A stretch of DNA of 64,000 nucleotides. It comes from Bacteroidetes bacterium SB0662_bin_6 (GTDB lineage: Bacteria > Bacteroidota > Rhodothermia > Rhodothermales > VXPQ01). This document shows, piece by piece, positions 34,120 to 44,174 of this stretch. Under the pieces are notes generated by a model. It was not told the origin of the DNA. It saw nothing but the letters and a program-made list of their open reading frames with translations, and searched no databases. A program made the translations under genes and the position numbers. Each line of letters starts with the position of its first letter. The stretch's first letter is position 1. The stretch spans positions 26,982 to 90,981 of the forward strand of contig VXPQ01000032.1 in NCBI GenBank assembly GCA_009839485.1, read 5' to 3'.

Positions 34120-35241
34120 CTAAGCCGGTGCGGATCCCTTGTGCAGGATTTCCACTTTTTGCGTGGCGGCTTGCGTAGCGTTACGCAGGGTGACCTGGTG
34201 TACAACCCGGTCCGCAAGCGCTCCAAACAGTTTCGCAGGCACACTATCCGGCTCGGCAAATACGATGGGGGTCCCCTCATCGCCGGACTCCCGCAGCCGC
34301 TCCCGAATCGGTAGTTCGGCCAGTAAAGGTATGTCCAATTCCCTGCTGAGCGCTACGGCGCCTCCGCGCCCGAAAAGATAATATTTTTTGTCGGGCAATT
34401 CGGGCGGGGTGAACCAGGCCATATTCTCGACAAGGCCCAGCACGGGGACCTGCACGTTCTCGAACATGGCCACGCCTTTTCGGGCATCGGCGAGGGCAAC
34501 AGGCTGCGGCGTCGATACAATCACCGCACCGGTGAGCGCAAGGCTTTGGACGATGGTAAGCTGAATATCTCCGGTACCCGGCGGCAGGTCCAGAATCATA
34601 TAGTCCAGGTCTCCCCATGCACATTCTCCGAGAAACTGCCGTATGGCGTTCGTAACCATGGGACCTCGCCAGATAACGGCTTTTTCGGGATCCACCATCA
34701 TGCCCATCGAAAGCAGTTTCACGCCGTGGCGCTCCACGGGCATGATCTTACGGTGCGCATTGACGCGAGGCTTTTCATCCCCGGCGCCGAACATAAGCGG
34801 TACGGAAGGCCCGTATATATCGGCATCCACGAGCCCTACCTCGTACCCTTTTTTACGGAGCGCGCCCGCCAGATTCACGGCGACCGTGCTCTTGCCCACA
34901 CCCCCTTTTCCCGATGCTACAGCGATAAAATTGACCACCCCTTCGGGCTGTACGCTTTTTGCAGGTCCGCCGTCGTGCATATCGAGGGAAATCATCTCGA
35001 AATCGACGGTGATATCCACGGCGACCTCTTCGCGCGTTTCCTTGCGAATGGCTTCACGGCACAGAGAAGCCACGTTTTCAGCAAACGAAGCCGGCGGATC
35101 CTTCAGCAGAATCGTAAAAACCACCCGGTCATCCTTTACCACAAGGCCTTTCACCAGATTCAGGCGCAGGATATCCTTGCCGCGATCCGGTACCACGACA
35201 GTAGACAGGGCGCGCAATACCGCTTCAGGAGAGACAGGCAT
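34120..35241 (-). CDS. Mrp/NBP35/ApbC-family Fe-S cluster carrier ATPase
   Basis: N-terminal DUF59-like domain, deviant Walker A SGKGGVGKST, and the DLPPGTGD motif. Confidence 0.9.
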   Translation of the reverse strand: MPVSPEAVLRALSTVVVPDRGKDILRLNLVKGLVVKDDRVVFTILLKDPPASFAENVASLCREAIRKETREEVAVDITVDFEMISLDMHDGGPAKSVQPEGVVNFIAVASGKGGVGKSTVAVNLAGALRKKGYEVGLVDADIYGPSVPLMFGAGDEKPRVNAHRKIMPVERHGVKLLSMGMMVDPEKAVIWRGPMVTNAIRQFLGECAWGDLDYMILDLPPGTGDIQLTIVQSLALTGAVIVSTPQPVALADARKGVAMFENVQVPVLGLVENMAWFTPPELPDKKYYLFGRGGAVALSRELDIPLLAELPIRERLRESGDEGTPIVFAEPDSVPAKLFGALADRVVHQVTLRNATQAATQKVEILHKGSAPA

Positions 35242-35403
35242 AAAGGCAATAAACAGGGATGGCCAACGTTTCTGTAACGCGGCGCCGAGATAGCGCCATA
35301 CCGTGCGCTAATATCCGTCCGATTCGGCTGAGGTGCAACGCCTCTTCAGGCCACTGTTGCTCCCTCAACGCACCGGAAATGCTTTTCAGGCAACCCCCCC
35401 GGT

Positions 35404-35439
35404 AAACCCAAAGGATGCGGTTGCAACCTGACTGCATCC
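35404..35439 (-). terminator. Hairpin plus T-rich tail immediately after the repeat-protein stop
   Basis: Minus strand reads GGATGC-(15 nt containing the palindrome GGTTGCAACC)-GCATCC, followed by TTTGGGTTT. It starts 6 nt after the stop codon. Confidence 0.35.
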
Positions 35440-35444
35440 GCCCG

Positions 35445-37400
35445 CTACTCTGTCTCCTCCGGCGTACGCGATGCGAACACCCGGATCCCCCAGGCTTCAG
35501 GGTCATTGGGCGGACTGTCCTCGAAATCTCCGTAGGCATGCGAAAAATCGGTCATGAAATAGACCGTGTAGTCGCCCGGAGCCAGCGAAAGGGTCCCGAC
35601 AAACATCCGGTTGCGATCATCGCCGCCGGCAGGAATCGTATTCTGCCAGGTCATTTCCCAAACGGTCTCCCCGGTCTCCGTGTTTTCGATCCAGCCGTAA
35701 TCGTACTGCCCGCTCAGGGACACCTCGCCCACAGCCCGAATACGCAAGAACCCTTCCCCTTCGAAGGTAAACGGAGCCGAAAGGTGCTCCCTGTTACCAA
35801 GCCCGGTAAGATCGACAAGAGGAACGCCTGGCGCTCCCTCGCCGGGAAATGGCGCACGGCCCGCGGGCCGCGCGGGCGCCGCCAACGCAAAGACCGAATC
35901 TCCCTCCGAGTCCGGGACTTCAATGAATCCCTCCCTGTCCACCGTAAGCACCTCGATAGCGGATGAATTCATGTCCTCATCTACCTGGAACAGTGTGACG
36001 CCCCATCGTTCCGGATGGTCGGGTTCTCCATGCGACCACCCGTCGTACGAATGCGAATCGTCCGTTTGATAGGTCGCCGTGTATATGCCGGGCGGCAGAT
36101 CCAGAAAAGCCAACTCGCGCCGGTTGTTGCGGCCGCCCGCAGGCAAAGAGCGCTCCGGCGTCATTTCCCATACGACCCGCTCGGAGGGTCCGGCGGTAAT
36201 CGTTGCATAATCGTACCGGTCTTCGTCCCCCATTTCCCCCAGCGCATAGACGGCGATCCGGGCTGGCGCCCGTACGCGAAACCGCGCAATATGGCGTTCA
36301 CTGTCCCCCACGCGATCGATCCGGATGAACGGTTCCTGTTCCTCCCAGGGATCGACCGGCTGCACGGCTTCCGGCATAGTGGTGAACAACGAAACACCCC
36401 ACCCTGCCGGATCAAACGGGGGATTCCGCACCCAGTCCCCATAGTCCTGCCGCGGATCCGTCCGGAAAACCGCCCGGTACAGACCGGGCGACAGGGAAAC
36501 GGTCCCGTCGAACAGGCGGTTGACCTCCCATCCCCCGGCGGGTACGGTATTCTCGCGACGCATGTCCCACACCCGTTCCCCACTGGACACATCTTCGATC
36601 CAGCCATAATCCATCCGCTCCTCGCCTATTTCGCCCACCGCATACACATGCACCTCCGCCGTCCGGGTCACCCCAAACAGGTGCTCGGCGGTTTCCCGCC
36701 CCTCCATGGGCGCCGAAGTCCAAAGCAGTTCTTTCTCCCCGGGAAGAAACAGAGGGGAAGCCGAATCGAGAAGCACAGGAGCGGCGAGCGCATCTCCCAA
36801 TGGGCGCACAACCATCCGCCACTCGTCGGCGTCGTCGCGCCAGACATATCCATCGCCCACGGACAGATCGAACAGGCCATCCAGCAAGGATAATTCGAAA
36901 GAAGAACCATCCTCATTTCCGTACGAAGCGAAATACACGTCGTAGACGCCCGGCTGGAACGCTACGGTATCGGTAACGAGAGCCAGGGTGTTATCCCCTT
37001 TCCGCAAGGGCGCCGAATACATGCTCCAGACCACTGCACGGTCTTCCCGGCGCAAGACCCACCCATACGCAGCAAGGGAAATGCTGTCCGCCTGCTCTTC
37101 CGACTCGAACGACCCTGTGGCGTCGATCACAACGCGCACCGGCTGCTCGACGCGGAATGTTTCCTCCAGCAACAGACCGGGTTCAATGCCTGAATATACG
37201 ACCAGACCATCCGGGGGAGGGGCAGGCTGCATGACACGCCACAGCACAAGCAGTGTCAACACTGCGAGCAACAGCAACTCAAACCGTATAATACCGGGTC
37301 GTTTCACGAGGCCTGGGCGCCTGGCGCAAATGAATGAGGAAATACTTTTGAAGGAAATGTACGCAATGGACGTAACGAACCGTTTATGTCTACGTATCAA
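35445..37400 (-). CDS. Membrane-anchored hypothetical protein built of four tandem ~105-120 aa repeats
   Basis: N-terminal hydrophobic segment ELLLLAVLTLLVLW. Repeats share (V/A)GE...YDYGWIE..(T/S)GE.VWEM....(L/I/V)PAGG..NR......L.PG.Y.....TD.SH.YG.......P.DP..WG(V/I). No family recognised. Confidence 0.7.
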   Translation of the reverse strand: MIRRHKRFVTSIAYISFKSISSFICARRPGLVKRPGIIRFELLLLAVLTLLVLWRVMQPAPPPDGLVVYSGIEPGLLLEETFRVEQPVRVVIDATGSFESEEQADSISLAAYGWVLRREDRAVVWSMYSAPLRKGDNTLALVTDTVAFQPGVYDVYFASYGNEDGSSFELSLLDGLFDLSVGDGYVWRDDADEWRMVVRPLGDALAAPVLLDSASPLFLPGEKELLWTSAPMEGRETAEHLFGVTRTAEVHVYAVGEIGEERMDYGWIEDVSSGERVWDMRRENTVPAGGWEVNRLFDGTVSLSPGLYRAVFRTDPRQDYGDWVRNPPFDPAGWGVSLFTTMPEAVQPVDPWEEQEPFIRIDRVGDSERHIARFRVRAPARIAVYALGEMGDEDRYDYATITAGPSERVVWEMTPERSLPAGGRNNRRELAFLDLPPGIYTATYQTDDSHSYDGWSHGEPDHPERWGVTLFQVDEDMNSSAIEVLTVDREGFIEVPDSEGDSVFALAAPARPAGRAPFPGEGAPGVPLVDLTGLGNREHLSAPFTFEGEGFLRIRAVGEVSLSGQYDYGWIENTETGETVWEMTWQNTIPAGGDDRNRMFVGTLSLAPGDYTVYFMTDFSHAYGDFEDSPPNDPEAWGIRVFASRTPEETE

Positions 37401-37471
37401 TTCATAACAAAGTTACCGGCTCCGGGGAAAGGGTATACCGCAGGACAAGAACCGTATGACGTATTTCCCGT

Positions 37472-39694
37472 ATGAAAGGCGCCCTCTCACCCGGCATACC
37501 GCCTGTGGCCAATCATTTCGCAAATAGAATTCTCCAAAGCGGGCCGGGGTATATCGAAACCGCGCTGCGCAACCGGGGCCAACGGGTGGCGTGCATCGTC
37601 GCCGCGCTGATATGTTTCTTCCTGAGCGTAGCGTTCAATGCATTCGAGTGGTTGTCCGGCACACCCTGGCATGCCGCGGTCAATTTTTCCTATCAACTCG
37701 TCGTCATCGCGGGATTCATACTGGTCTGGTTTCTGCTGTCGTACTACCTGAAACAGCAACCGATCGGCCCCCTGAAAACGCTCTGGACCACCTTGCTGCT
37801 CGCGCTCGTCACGGCAGCTGCTATCTTGTTGATGGTGGGCATTACCGCCGCGGAAAATGTGGAAGGCAACCCTGCCGTGCTCGGCTTCGAATACGACACC
37901 GGCGTCCCGCTCACATTCGCCACGGTGGTCAAGATGCACGTAATCACTTCCCTGCGTGCGCTGCTTGCCTTTTATCTGCTACTTCGCTTTCAGGACCTGG
38001 TCCTGTTCAAGCGAACGAAGCAAAGCCAGCGGAACTGGTATCTGATGCTCATCTCCATGGGCATCTTTTCTCTCCTGTTCGTCCTGCAGGATCCTGCCGA
38101 AGATCCCGGGATAGTGCAGTACATCGCCCTCACGCTGGTCATAATCCTTATGCTCCTCAACGCGTTCCGTGTGTCGTGGATCGTGTTTCTGTCCTTCCGG
38201 GCCAAGGCGGCCGGCGTAGGGTTCTCGATCCTGCTCATTCTGTTATTGTTCGCCTCCTTGTCCTCAGGCGGGATTCTGCCGGCGCATTTCATGTACATAC
38301 GCCATGCCAGCTACCCGCTGGATCAGTTCACGCTGGCCGCATTGACCTTTGGCCTGTTGTACTGTGTGACTTCATTTCTTTTCCTCATTTTCCACCTTCC
38401 CACGACAGGTGATTTCCGGCGCAAAGCCGGGGAAATCACTGCCATGTACTCACTGACGAATCTCGTCAATCAGGCATTCGATCCCGACAAACTACACCTC
38501 ACTATTACAAAAACGCCTGTGGATACAGGCACGGCGCAGATGTCCTGGCTGGCCATTGCGGACGAGCGCAGCGGCTCGCTCCGCCCGCAAGTCGTGGCGG
38601 CATGGAAAACCACGACCGAGGATGTCGAAACCATGGTGGATGTGGCCGCGCTGTACGAAGAACTCGCTGCCCGGCGCGAGCCGGTGGTCCTCGACGAAGC
38701 CCCCACGGACCGTCGCATCCGGGGAAAACCGGGCGATCCGATCGGCACCATGCTTATGACGCCGCTGATTACGCGGGACAAGTTGCTGGGCGGTCTCTTC
38801 GTGGCGAAAGATGTCGTCCAGGGATTCGAGCAGGACGATGTCGAATCAATCAGCGTCTATGCCGCCCAGGCCGCGATTGCCCTGGACAATGCGCGCCTCT
38901 TCGAGGAACAACTTGAAAGGGAACGTCTCTCCCGCGAATTGGATATCGCCCGGGAGGTACAACAACGACTCCTGCCGCATGACCTGCCGAAAATGCAGGG
39001 ACTGGCGGTGGCGGCTTCCAGTATTCCTGCGTATGAGGTGGGAGGTGATTACTACGACTTTCTGGAACTGGACGAAGCACGCCTTGCGTTCATCATTGCG
39101 GACGTGTCCGGGAAAGGCACTTCGGCGGCGTTCTATATGGCCGAATTACAGGGCATTTTCCGTTCCACCACGCGCATGGCGCCTTCACCGGCAGACTTTC
39201 TCGAACAGGCCAACCTTGCGCTTTCTTCCGCGCTCGAGCGCCACGTCTTCGTATCCGTGATCTATGGTGTAATCGATGTCCGTAAAGGAGAGTTGACACT
39301 GGCCCGCGCCGGGCATTGCCCCGCCATTCTTATTTCCCGGGAGGGTACGGAACGCCTGATTCGTCCGCAAGGACTCGGTCTTGGTCTGGACCGGGGCCGG
39401 CGTTTCCGGGATGTGCTCGAAGAAGAGCATATTTCACTCCAGCCCGGCGATATCATTACGGTATACACGGACGGCGTCGTCGAAAGCAGGAATAACCAGG
39501 GGACCGAATACGGGTACGAGCGGCTGCTCGAAGCCCTGAAAGTCCACCGGAAGAAAGAGGCATCGGCGCTGCATGAAGCACTCCTCGCGGACCTTCACGA
39601 TTACCTCGGTCGTACCGAATACGATGACGACATGACTCTCGTGGTCCTGAAATGGGACGGCGCTAAAAACCACACGAAACGATCGGCAACATGA
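37472..39694 (+). CDS. SpoIIE/RsbU-type PP2C serine phosphatase with polytopic membrane N-domain and GAF-like domain
   Basis: About 8-10 hydrophobic helices in the first ~330 aa. C-terminal PP2C/SpoIIE pattern VGGDYYDF...IADVSGKG...DGVVES...DDMTLVV. Confidence 0.85.
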   Translation: MKGALSPGIPPVANHFANRILQSGPGYIETALRNRGQRVACIVAALICFFLSVAFNAFEWLSGTPWHAAVNFSYQLVVIAGFILVWFLLSYYLKQQPIGPLKTLWTTLLLALVTAAAILLMVGITAAENVEGNPAVLGFEYDTGVPLTFATVVKMHVITSLRALLAFYLLLRFQDLVLFKRTKQSQRNWYLMLISMGIFSLLFVLQDPAEDPGIVQYIALTLVIILMLLNAFRVSWIVFLSFRAKAAGVGFSILLILLLFASLSSGGILPAHFMYIRHASYPLDQFTLAALTFGLLYCVTSFLFLIFHLPTTGDFRRKAGEITAMYSLTNLVNQAFDPDKLHLTITKTPVDTGTAQMSWLAIADERSGSLRPQVVAAWKTTTEDVETMVDVAALYEELAARREPVVLDEAPTDRRIRGKPGDPIGTMLMTPLITRDKLLGGLFVAKDVVQGFEQDDVESISVYAAQAAIALDNARLFEEQLERERLSRELDIAREVQQRLLPHDLPKMQGLAVAASSIPAYEVGGDYYDFLELDEARLAFIIADVSGKGTSAAFYMAELQGIFRSTTRMAPSPADFLEQANLALSSALERHVFVSVIYGVIDVRKGELTLARAGHCPAILISREGTERLIRPQGLGLGLDRGRRFRDVLEEEHISLQPGDIITVYTDGVVESRNNQGTEYGYERLLEALKVHRKKEASALHEALLADLHDYLGRTEYDDDMTLVVLKWDGAKNHTKRSAT

Positions 39695-40062
39695 GCAATT
39701 TTTCGGTTGGATTCCGGGCAGAAGCACACATCCGCATCCTCGATCTGAAAGGCGAGCTGGATGCACATACCGTATCCGAACTGGAGGCGGCGCTGCAAAG
39801 GTGCCGGGAGGATAAAAACCACCATATCATCGTCAACGGCGAACACTTGCAGTATATCTCAAGTGCCGGCCTGGGCGTATTCATGGCCTATATCGAGGAA
39901 ATGCGGGAGGCCGGCGGCGATATCAAAATTGCGGGGCTTCAAGCCAATGTCTTCAACATATTCGACCTGCTGGGCTTCCCCCTGCTGTTCGACATTGTCA
40001 AAGCAGAGGAAGAAGCTATCCGGAAATTCGATGCAGACCGCAAAGACGAGAACGATTCCTGA
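39691..40062 (+). CDS. STAS-domain anti-sigma-factor antagonist (RsbV/SpoIIAA-like)
   Basis: LQYISSAGLGVF contains the conserved phosphorylatable Ser context. ATGA overlap with the phosphatase gene. Confidence 0.85.
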   Translation: MSNFSVGFRAEAHIRILDLKGELDAHTVSELEAALQRCREDKNHHIIVNGEHLQYISSAGLGVFMAYIEEMREAGGDIKIAGLQANVFNIFDLLGFPLLFDIVKAEEEAIRKFDADRKDENDS

Positions 40063-40097
40063 CACGCGCTTGCATTGCGACGGCGGCAATTTTGCTT

Positions 40098-40547
40098 ATG
40101 CCTGAATCCGCACATAGCCTCAGTATCCCCAGCGCCACGCAGCACCTCACCAAGGTACGCCGGTTTGTGGAGAAGCATGCCCACGAAGCGCACCTTGGAG
40201 AAGAAGCGATTGCGCATATAAAAATGGCTGTGGACGAGGCGTGCGCCAATATCATCGAACATGCCTACGACGACGCCCGGGAAAAAATTTCTGTGCTCGT
40301 GATGGTCGACAGCGAGCAATTTACGGTGTGCATCCGGGATCAGGGCCGATCCTTCCACCCGGAATCATGGTCGGAACCCAATCTTTTCCGGATTGCGGAG
40401 AGCAGACGCGGAGGCGGACTGGGCGTCCAGATCATGCGCAGCCTGATGGATCAGGTGGAATACACGACCTATGGAGACACGAACGAAGTGCGGTTGACGA
40501 AATTCCGAAGCAGGCAACCCGGCCGGAACGCCGGAAAAACAGCCTGA
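40098..40547 (+). CDS. Anti-sigma regulatory factor serine kinase (RsbW/SpoIIAB-like, HATPase_c)
   Basis: N-box VDEACANIIEHAY and G-box GGGLGVQIM. ATG at 40098 is preferred over the TTG at 40092 used in the track. Confidence 0.85.
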   Translation: MPESAHSLSIPSATQHLTKVRRFVEKHAHEAHLGEEAIAHIKMAVDEACANIIEHAYDDAREKISVLVMVDSEQFTVCIRDQGRSFHPESWSEPNLFRIAESRRGGGLGVQIMRSLMDQVEYTTYGDTNEVRLTKFRSRQPGRNAGKTA

Positions 40548-40611
40548 TCGGTACAGAACGAGCCCCTGAAGCCTCTTTCACAATGTGCGAGTCCGTACGG
40601 AAAAAGACCCG

Positions 40612-41337
40612 ATGACTTCGAAATGCGGACATATTGAAGCAGGGCATCGAGCGGGGATAATGTGCCTGATTATCCTGTGCGTTTCCTTTTGGGGACTGGC
40701 GTCCGGCCCTGTTCAGAACGCCCGGGGACAAACCCCCGAAATTATCGAACCTCTTGTAACAAGCGCATCTTCAGGTAAAGCCTTTGCGCTCAGTATGATC
40801 GCTCCCGGACTGGGCCACCGCTACATCCGCGGCGGAGATTGGGGCCGCTGGGGAACGGCTTTCGCGTTAACGGATGCCGGGTTGTGGGTAGGACTCCTGG
40901 GCACAAGCCGCCGGCGCAGCCACCTCGTCGAAAGTTATCGAACCCTGGCCACCCGCCACGCCGGCGTCGATCCGAGCGGAAAAGACCGAACGTTTTACCT
41001 GAACGCCGCGACGTACCGATCCTCGCAGGCGTTCACCGACGCACAGTTCCGAAACGGCGCCCTGGATCAGGTAACGTATGCCGCCGACCCCTCGTCTCAA
41101 TGGCAATGGGATACGGAAGAGCACTTTCTCCGCTTCCGTGAACTTCGCGAGGACGCCGAATCGTTGCGGCGACGGCGCAGCGTGCTCATTGCCTCGCTGG
41201 CAGCCAACCGGTTGATCGCCGGCGTGGCTGCCTTGCGTGCTGCCGGACGGACCGGAAGATCCAACTTGCGCATTTCGCTGGGCCCTCCGCCCATCGAAGC
41301 CGATGCCCCTCTCGTGCGGCTGGGATACACATTCTGA
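40612..41337 (+). CDS. Hypothetical membrane/secreted protein
   Basis: Hydrophobic N-terminus IMCLIILCVSFWGLA. The APGLGHRYI motif resembles small Bacteroidota membrane proteins. Start uncertain (GTG 40585, ATG 40612 or ATG 40660). Confidence 0.5.
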   Translation: MTSKCGHIEAGHRAGIMCLIILCVSFWGLASGPVQNARGQTPEIIEPLVTSASSGKAFALSMIAPGLGHRYIRGGDWGRWGTAFALTDAGLWVGLLGTSRRRSHLVESYRTLATRHAGVDPSGKDRTFYLNAATYRSSQAFTDAQFRNGALDQVTYAADPSSQWQWDTEEHFLRFRELREDAESLRRRRSVLIASLAANRLIAGVAALRAAGRTGRSNLRISLGPPPIEADAPLVRLGYTF

Positions 41338-41395
41338 TCCGTTGCCGGAAGCGTGTCGTGTCCCGCACTTTTGCGAGACCCATATTCCGGGACGC

Positions 41396-41971
41396 TCAGG
41401 GGCGCCGGCGTAAAATATCCCGGACGGGTTTGCGTTGTATGCACGGTACTTCCGCAGCAAAACCGTACCATACCAACCCGACCAGCATCTCCTGCTCCGG
41501 GTCGATCCCGGCAATCTCAAAAAATTGCTCCGTCCGGGTGACCGGGCCAGTCGTCCACTTGACCCCGATGCCACGGGTCCAGAGATACAGTTGCACGTTT
41601 TGAAGAGCACAGCAACACGCTGCATAATCCTCGCGCTGCCGGATTTCATCGTCGGAACGCAGGCAGGTTACAATCACCCATCCCGGAATGCCAAGCCACC
41701 GTGCATACTTTGCGGCGCCGGCCTGCTCGCCCCGTGACTGTCCATACATATCCGCATTCAGGCGGGAAATTTTCCGGGCGGTTTCCGGGCCGATCAGATA
41801 GAACCGCCACGGCTCGGTAAGATGATGATTAGGCGCCCACCGCGCAAGATCGATCGCCGCCAGCATCTCCTCTTCCGGAGGCGCAGGAACCGGTTCGAAA
41901 TGATGTATGGTGCGGCGATTCCGGATAGCGCCGGCCACCGCATCCGACTGTGCAACCGTGAATGTCATCAT
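41396..41971 (-). CDS. Nitroreductase-family protein
   Basis: RRTIHHFEP...ARWAPNHHLTEPWRF pattern of NAD(P)H-flavin nitroreductases. Confidence 0.85.
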   Translation of the reverse strand: MMTFTVAQSDAVAGAIRNRRTIHHFEPVPAPPEEEMLAAIDLARWAPNHHLTEPWRFYLIGPETARKISRLNADMYGQSRGEQAGAAKYARWLGIPGWVIVTCLRSDDEIRQREDYAACCCALQNVQLYLWTRGIGVKWTTGPVTRTEQFFEIAGIDPEQEMLVGLVWYGFAAEVPCIQRKPVRDILRRRP

Positions 41972-42104
41972 GTCAGAAAGCAGAAATTTTTAAAGAGGGC
42001 ATAAAAACGCCCCCTGATCGAAACCGATCCGGCGGGAAACGGTAATCGGAACCGGGCGGCTTCCGGGGTGTAGCCTTCGCGCCGCCCGGCGGAGAAACGT
42101 TCGC

Positions 42105-42178
42105 GGGTCCTTAGCTCAGTTGGTTAGAGCGCTACGTTGACATCGTAGAGGTCGATGGTTCGAATCCGTCAGGACCCA
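42105..42178 (+). tRNA. tRNA-Val (anticodon GAC)
   Basis: Manual cloverleaf. GGGUCCU acceptor, GCUC/GAGC D-stem, CUACG-UUGACAU-CGUAG anticodon arm, GAUGG-UUCGAAU-CCGUC T-arm, discriminator A. Confidence 0.95.
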
Positions 42179-42218
42179 CAGTCAAAGCCTGTCGCCATAC
42201 GGCGAATTACCCTGAATC

Positions 42219-44174
42219 ATGCCCGCCGACCACATCGCCATCACGCTCCCCGACGGTTCCGTCCATGACCGCGAAACCGGGGTCACGGGATACGAACTCG
42301 CCGGCAGCATCTCGGCAGGCCTCGCCAGACAGGCACTGGCTGTACGAGTCAATGGAGAAGTATGGGATCTGACCCGGCCCATTGACCGGGATGCAGGCAT
42401 CGAGATTCTGACCTGGAACGACCCGGAGGGTCAGTTGACCTTCCGGCATTCCACGGCGCACCTTATGGCCGAAGCACTCGAAAGCCTGTTCCCGGGGGTG
42501 AAATTCGGCATCGGACCGCCTATCGAACAGGGCTTCTACTATGATGTGGATACCGGCGACCACAAAATCGGCACGGAAGATCTGGAACGCATCGAGGAGC
42601 GGATGCGGGAATTGGCCGCACGCGACGCAGCGTACGAACGAAGGGACATCTCGAAGAAAGACGCGATCCAGTATTTCCGGGACAAGGGCGACGAATACAA
42701 GCTGGAACTGCTCGAAGACCTGGAGGACGGCACCATCACATTCTACCGGCAGGGCGACTTCGTCGATCTGTGCAGGGGGCCCCATATTCCCTCCACGGGC
42801 CGTATCAAATATGTCAAGCTGCTCCACATCGCCGGGGCCTACTGGCGCGGGGACGAACGACGCCCTCAACTGACGCGCATCTACGGCGTCAGCTTCCCGA
42901 AAAAGAGTATGCTCGACGAGCATCTCGAACGGCTTGCCCTTGCGGCGCAGCGTGACCACCGCAAGCTGGGCAGGGAACTGGGGCTTTTTACCTTCGACAG
43001 GCAGGTGGGCTCCGGGTTGCCGATGTGGCTGCCCCGAGGCGCGGTGCTGCGGGAAACGCTCATCGATTTTCTGAAAAAAGAGCAGCTCGCACGAGGGTAT
43101 GAACCTGTGGTTACGCCGCACATCGGACGCCTCGAACTGTACAAAACGAGCGGGCATTATCCCTACTACCGGGAAAGTCAATTCCCGCCGATGCTGGACG
43201 AAAACGACACCGAAGAGGGGTTCCTGCTGAAACCCATGAACTGTCCGCATCACATCCGTATCTACGCAAACCGGCTGCACTCCTACCGGGATCTGCCGGT
43301 GCGCTATGCAGAGTTCGGCACCGTCTACCGGTACGAACAATCCGGTGAACTGGGTGGATTGACCCGTGTGCGCGGGTTCACACAGGACGATGCCCACATC
43401 TTCTGCACCGACGAACAGGTGAAGGACGAGTTCAAGAACGTGATCGACCTGACGCTGACCATATTGGGAGCACTGGAGTTCACCGATTTCACTGTGCAGA
43501 TTTCCCTGCACGACCCGGCGGACCGCGAAAAATACCAGGGCGATGCCGCGCGTTGGGAAGAAGCCGAACGGGCTATACGCGAGGCGGTCCGGGAAACGGG
43601 GCTGGATGCGGTCGAAAAAGTCGGGGAGGCCGCCTTCTACGGCCCCAAGCTCGATTTCATGGTTCAGGACGCGCTGGGACGCGAATGGCAATTGGGCACG
43701 GTACAACTGGACTACAACCTGCCGGAACGGTTCGACCTTTCCTATATCGGGGCGGACGACAAAAAACACCGGCCGGCGATGATCCACCGGGCGCCGTTCG
43801 GTTCGCTGGAGCGATTCATCGGGGTGCTGATAGAACACTGCGGCGGTAACTTCCCGCTGTGGCTGGCGCCCGTGCAGGTCATGGTCATTCCGATTTCCGA
43901 AAATCAGCGCGAATACGCCGAGGAAGTCGCTGCACGACTGCGTGAACACGATATCCGCGTGGAGGTGGACCACCGCAACGAGAAAGCGGGGTACAAGATA
44001 CGCAGCGCCGAGGTGAACAAAACACCCGTCATGCTCATCACCGGCGCACGCGAACAGGAAAAGGGCACGGTCTCGGTACGGCGGCATGGCCAGGGAGAAC
44101 AGGATACCATATCCGTCGAGGATTGCGTAACGCGGATGGCGAACGAAATCGCCGAGGGGAAAAAGCGTTTATAG
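42219..44174 (+). CDS. thrS: Threonine--tRNA ligase
   Basis: TGS domain N-terminus, editing domain with HSTAH, class II core (FRDLPVRYAEFGTVYRYE, GFTQDDAHIF), and an anticodon-binding domain. Confidence 0.97.
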   Translation: MPADHIAITLPDGSVHDRETGVTGYELAGSISAGLARQALAVRVNGEVWDLTRPIDRDAGIEILTWNDPEGQLTFRHSTAHLMAEALESLFPGVKFGIGPPIEQGFYYDVDTGDHKIGTEDLERIEERMRELAARDAAYERRDISKKDAIQYFRDKGDEYKLELLEDLEDGTITFYRQGDFVDLCRGPHIPSTGRIKYVKLLHIAGAYWRGDERRPQLTRIYGVSFPKKSMLDEHLERLALAAQRDHRKLGRELGLFTFDRQVGSGLPMWLPRGAVLRETLIDFLKKEQLARGYEPVVTPHIGRLELYKTSGHYPYYRESQFPPMLDENDTEEGFLLKPMNCPHHIRIYANRLHSYRDLPVRYAEFGTVYRYEQSGELGGLTRVRGFTQDDAHIFCTDEQVKDEFKNVIDLTLTILGALEFTDFTVQISLHDPADREKYQGDAARWEEAERAIREAVRETGLDAVEKVGEAAFYGPKLDFMVQDALGREWQLGTVQLDYNLPERFDLSYIGADDKKHRPAMIHRAPFGSLERFIGVLIEHCGGNFPLWLAPVQVMVIPISENQREYAEEVAARLREHDIRVEVDHRNEKAGYKIRSAEVNKTPVMLITGAREQEKGTVSVRRHGQGEQDTISVEDCVTRMANEIAEGKKRL

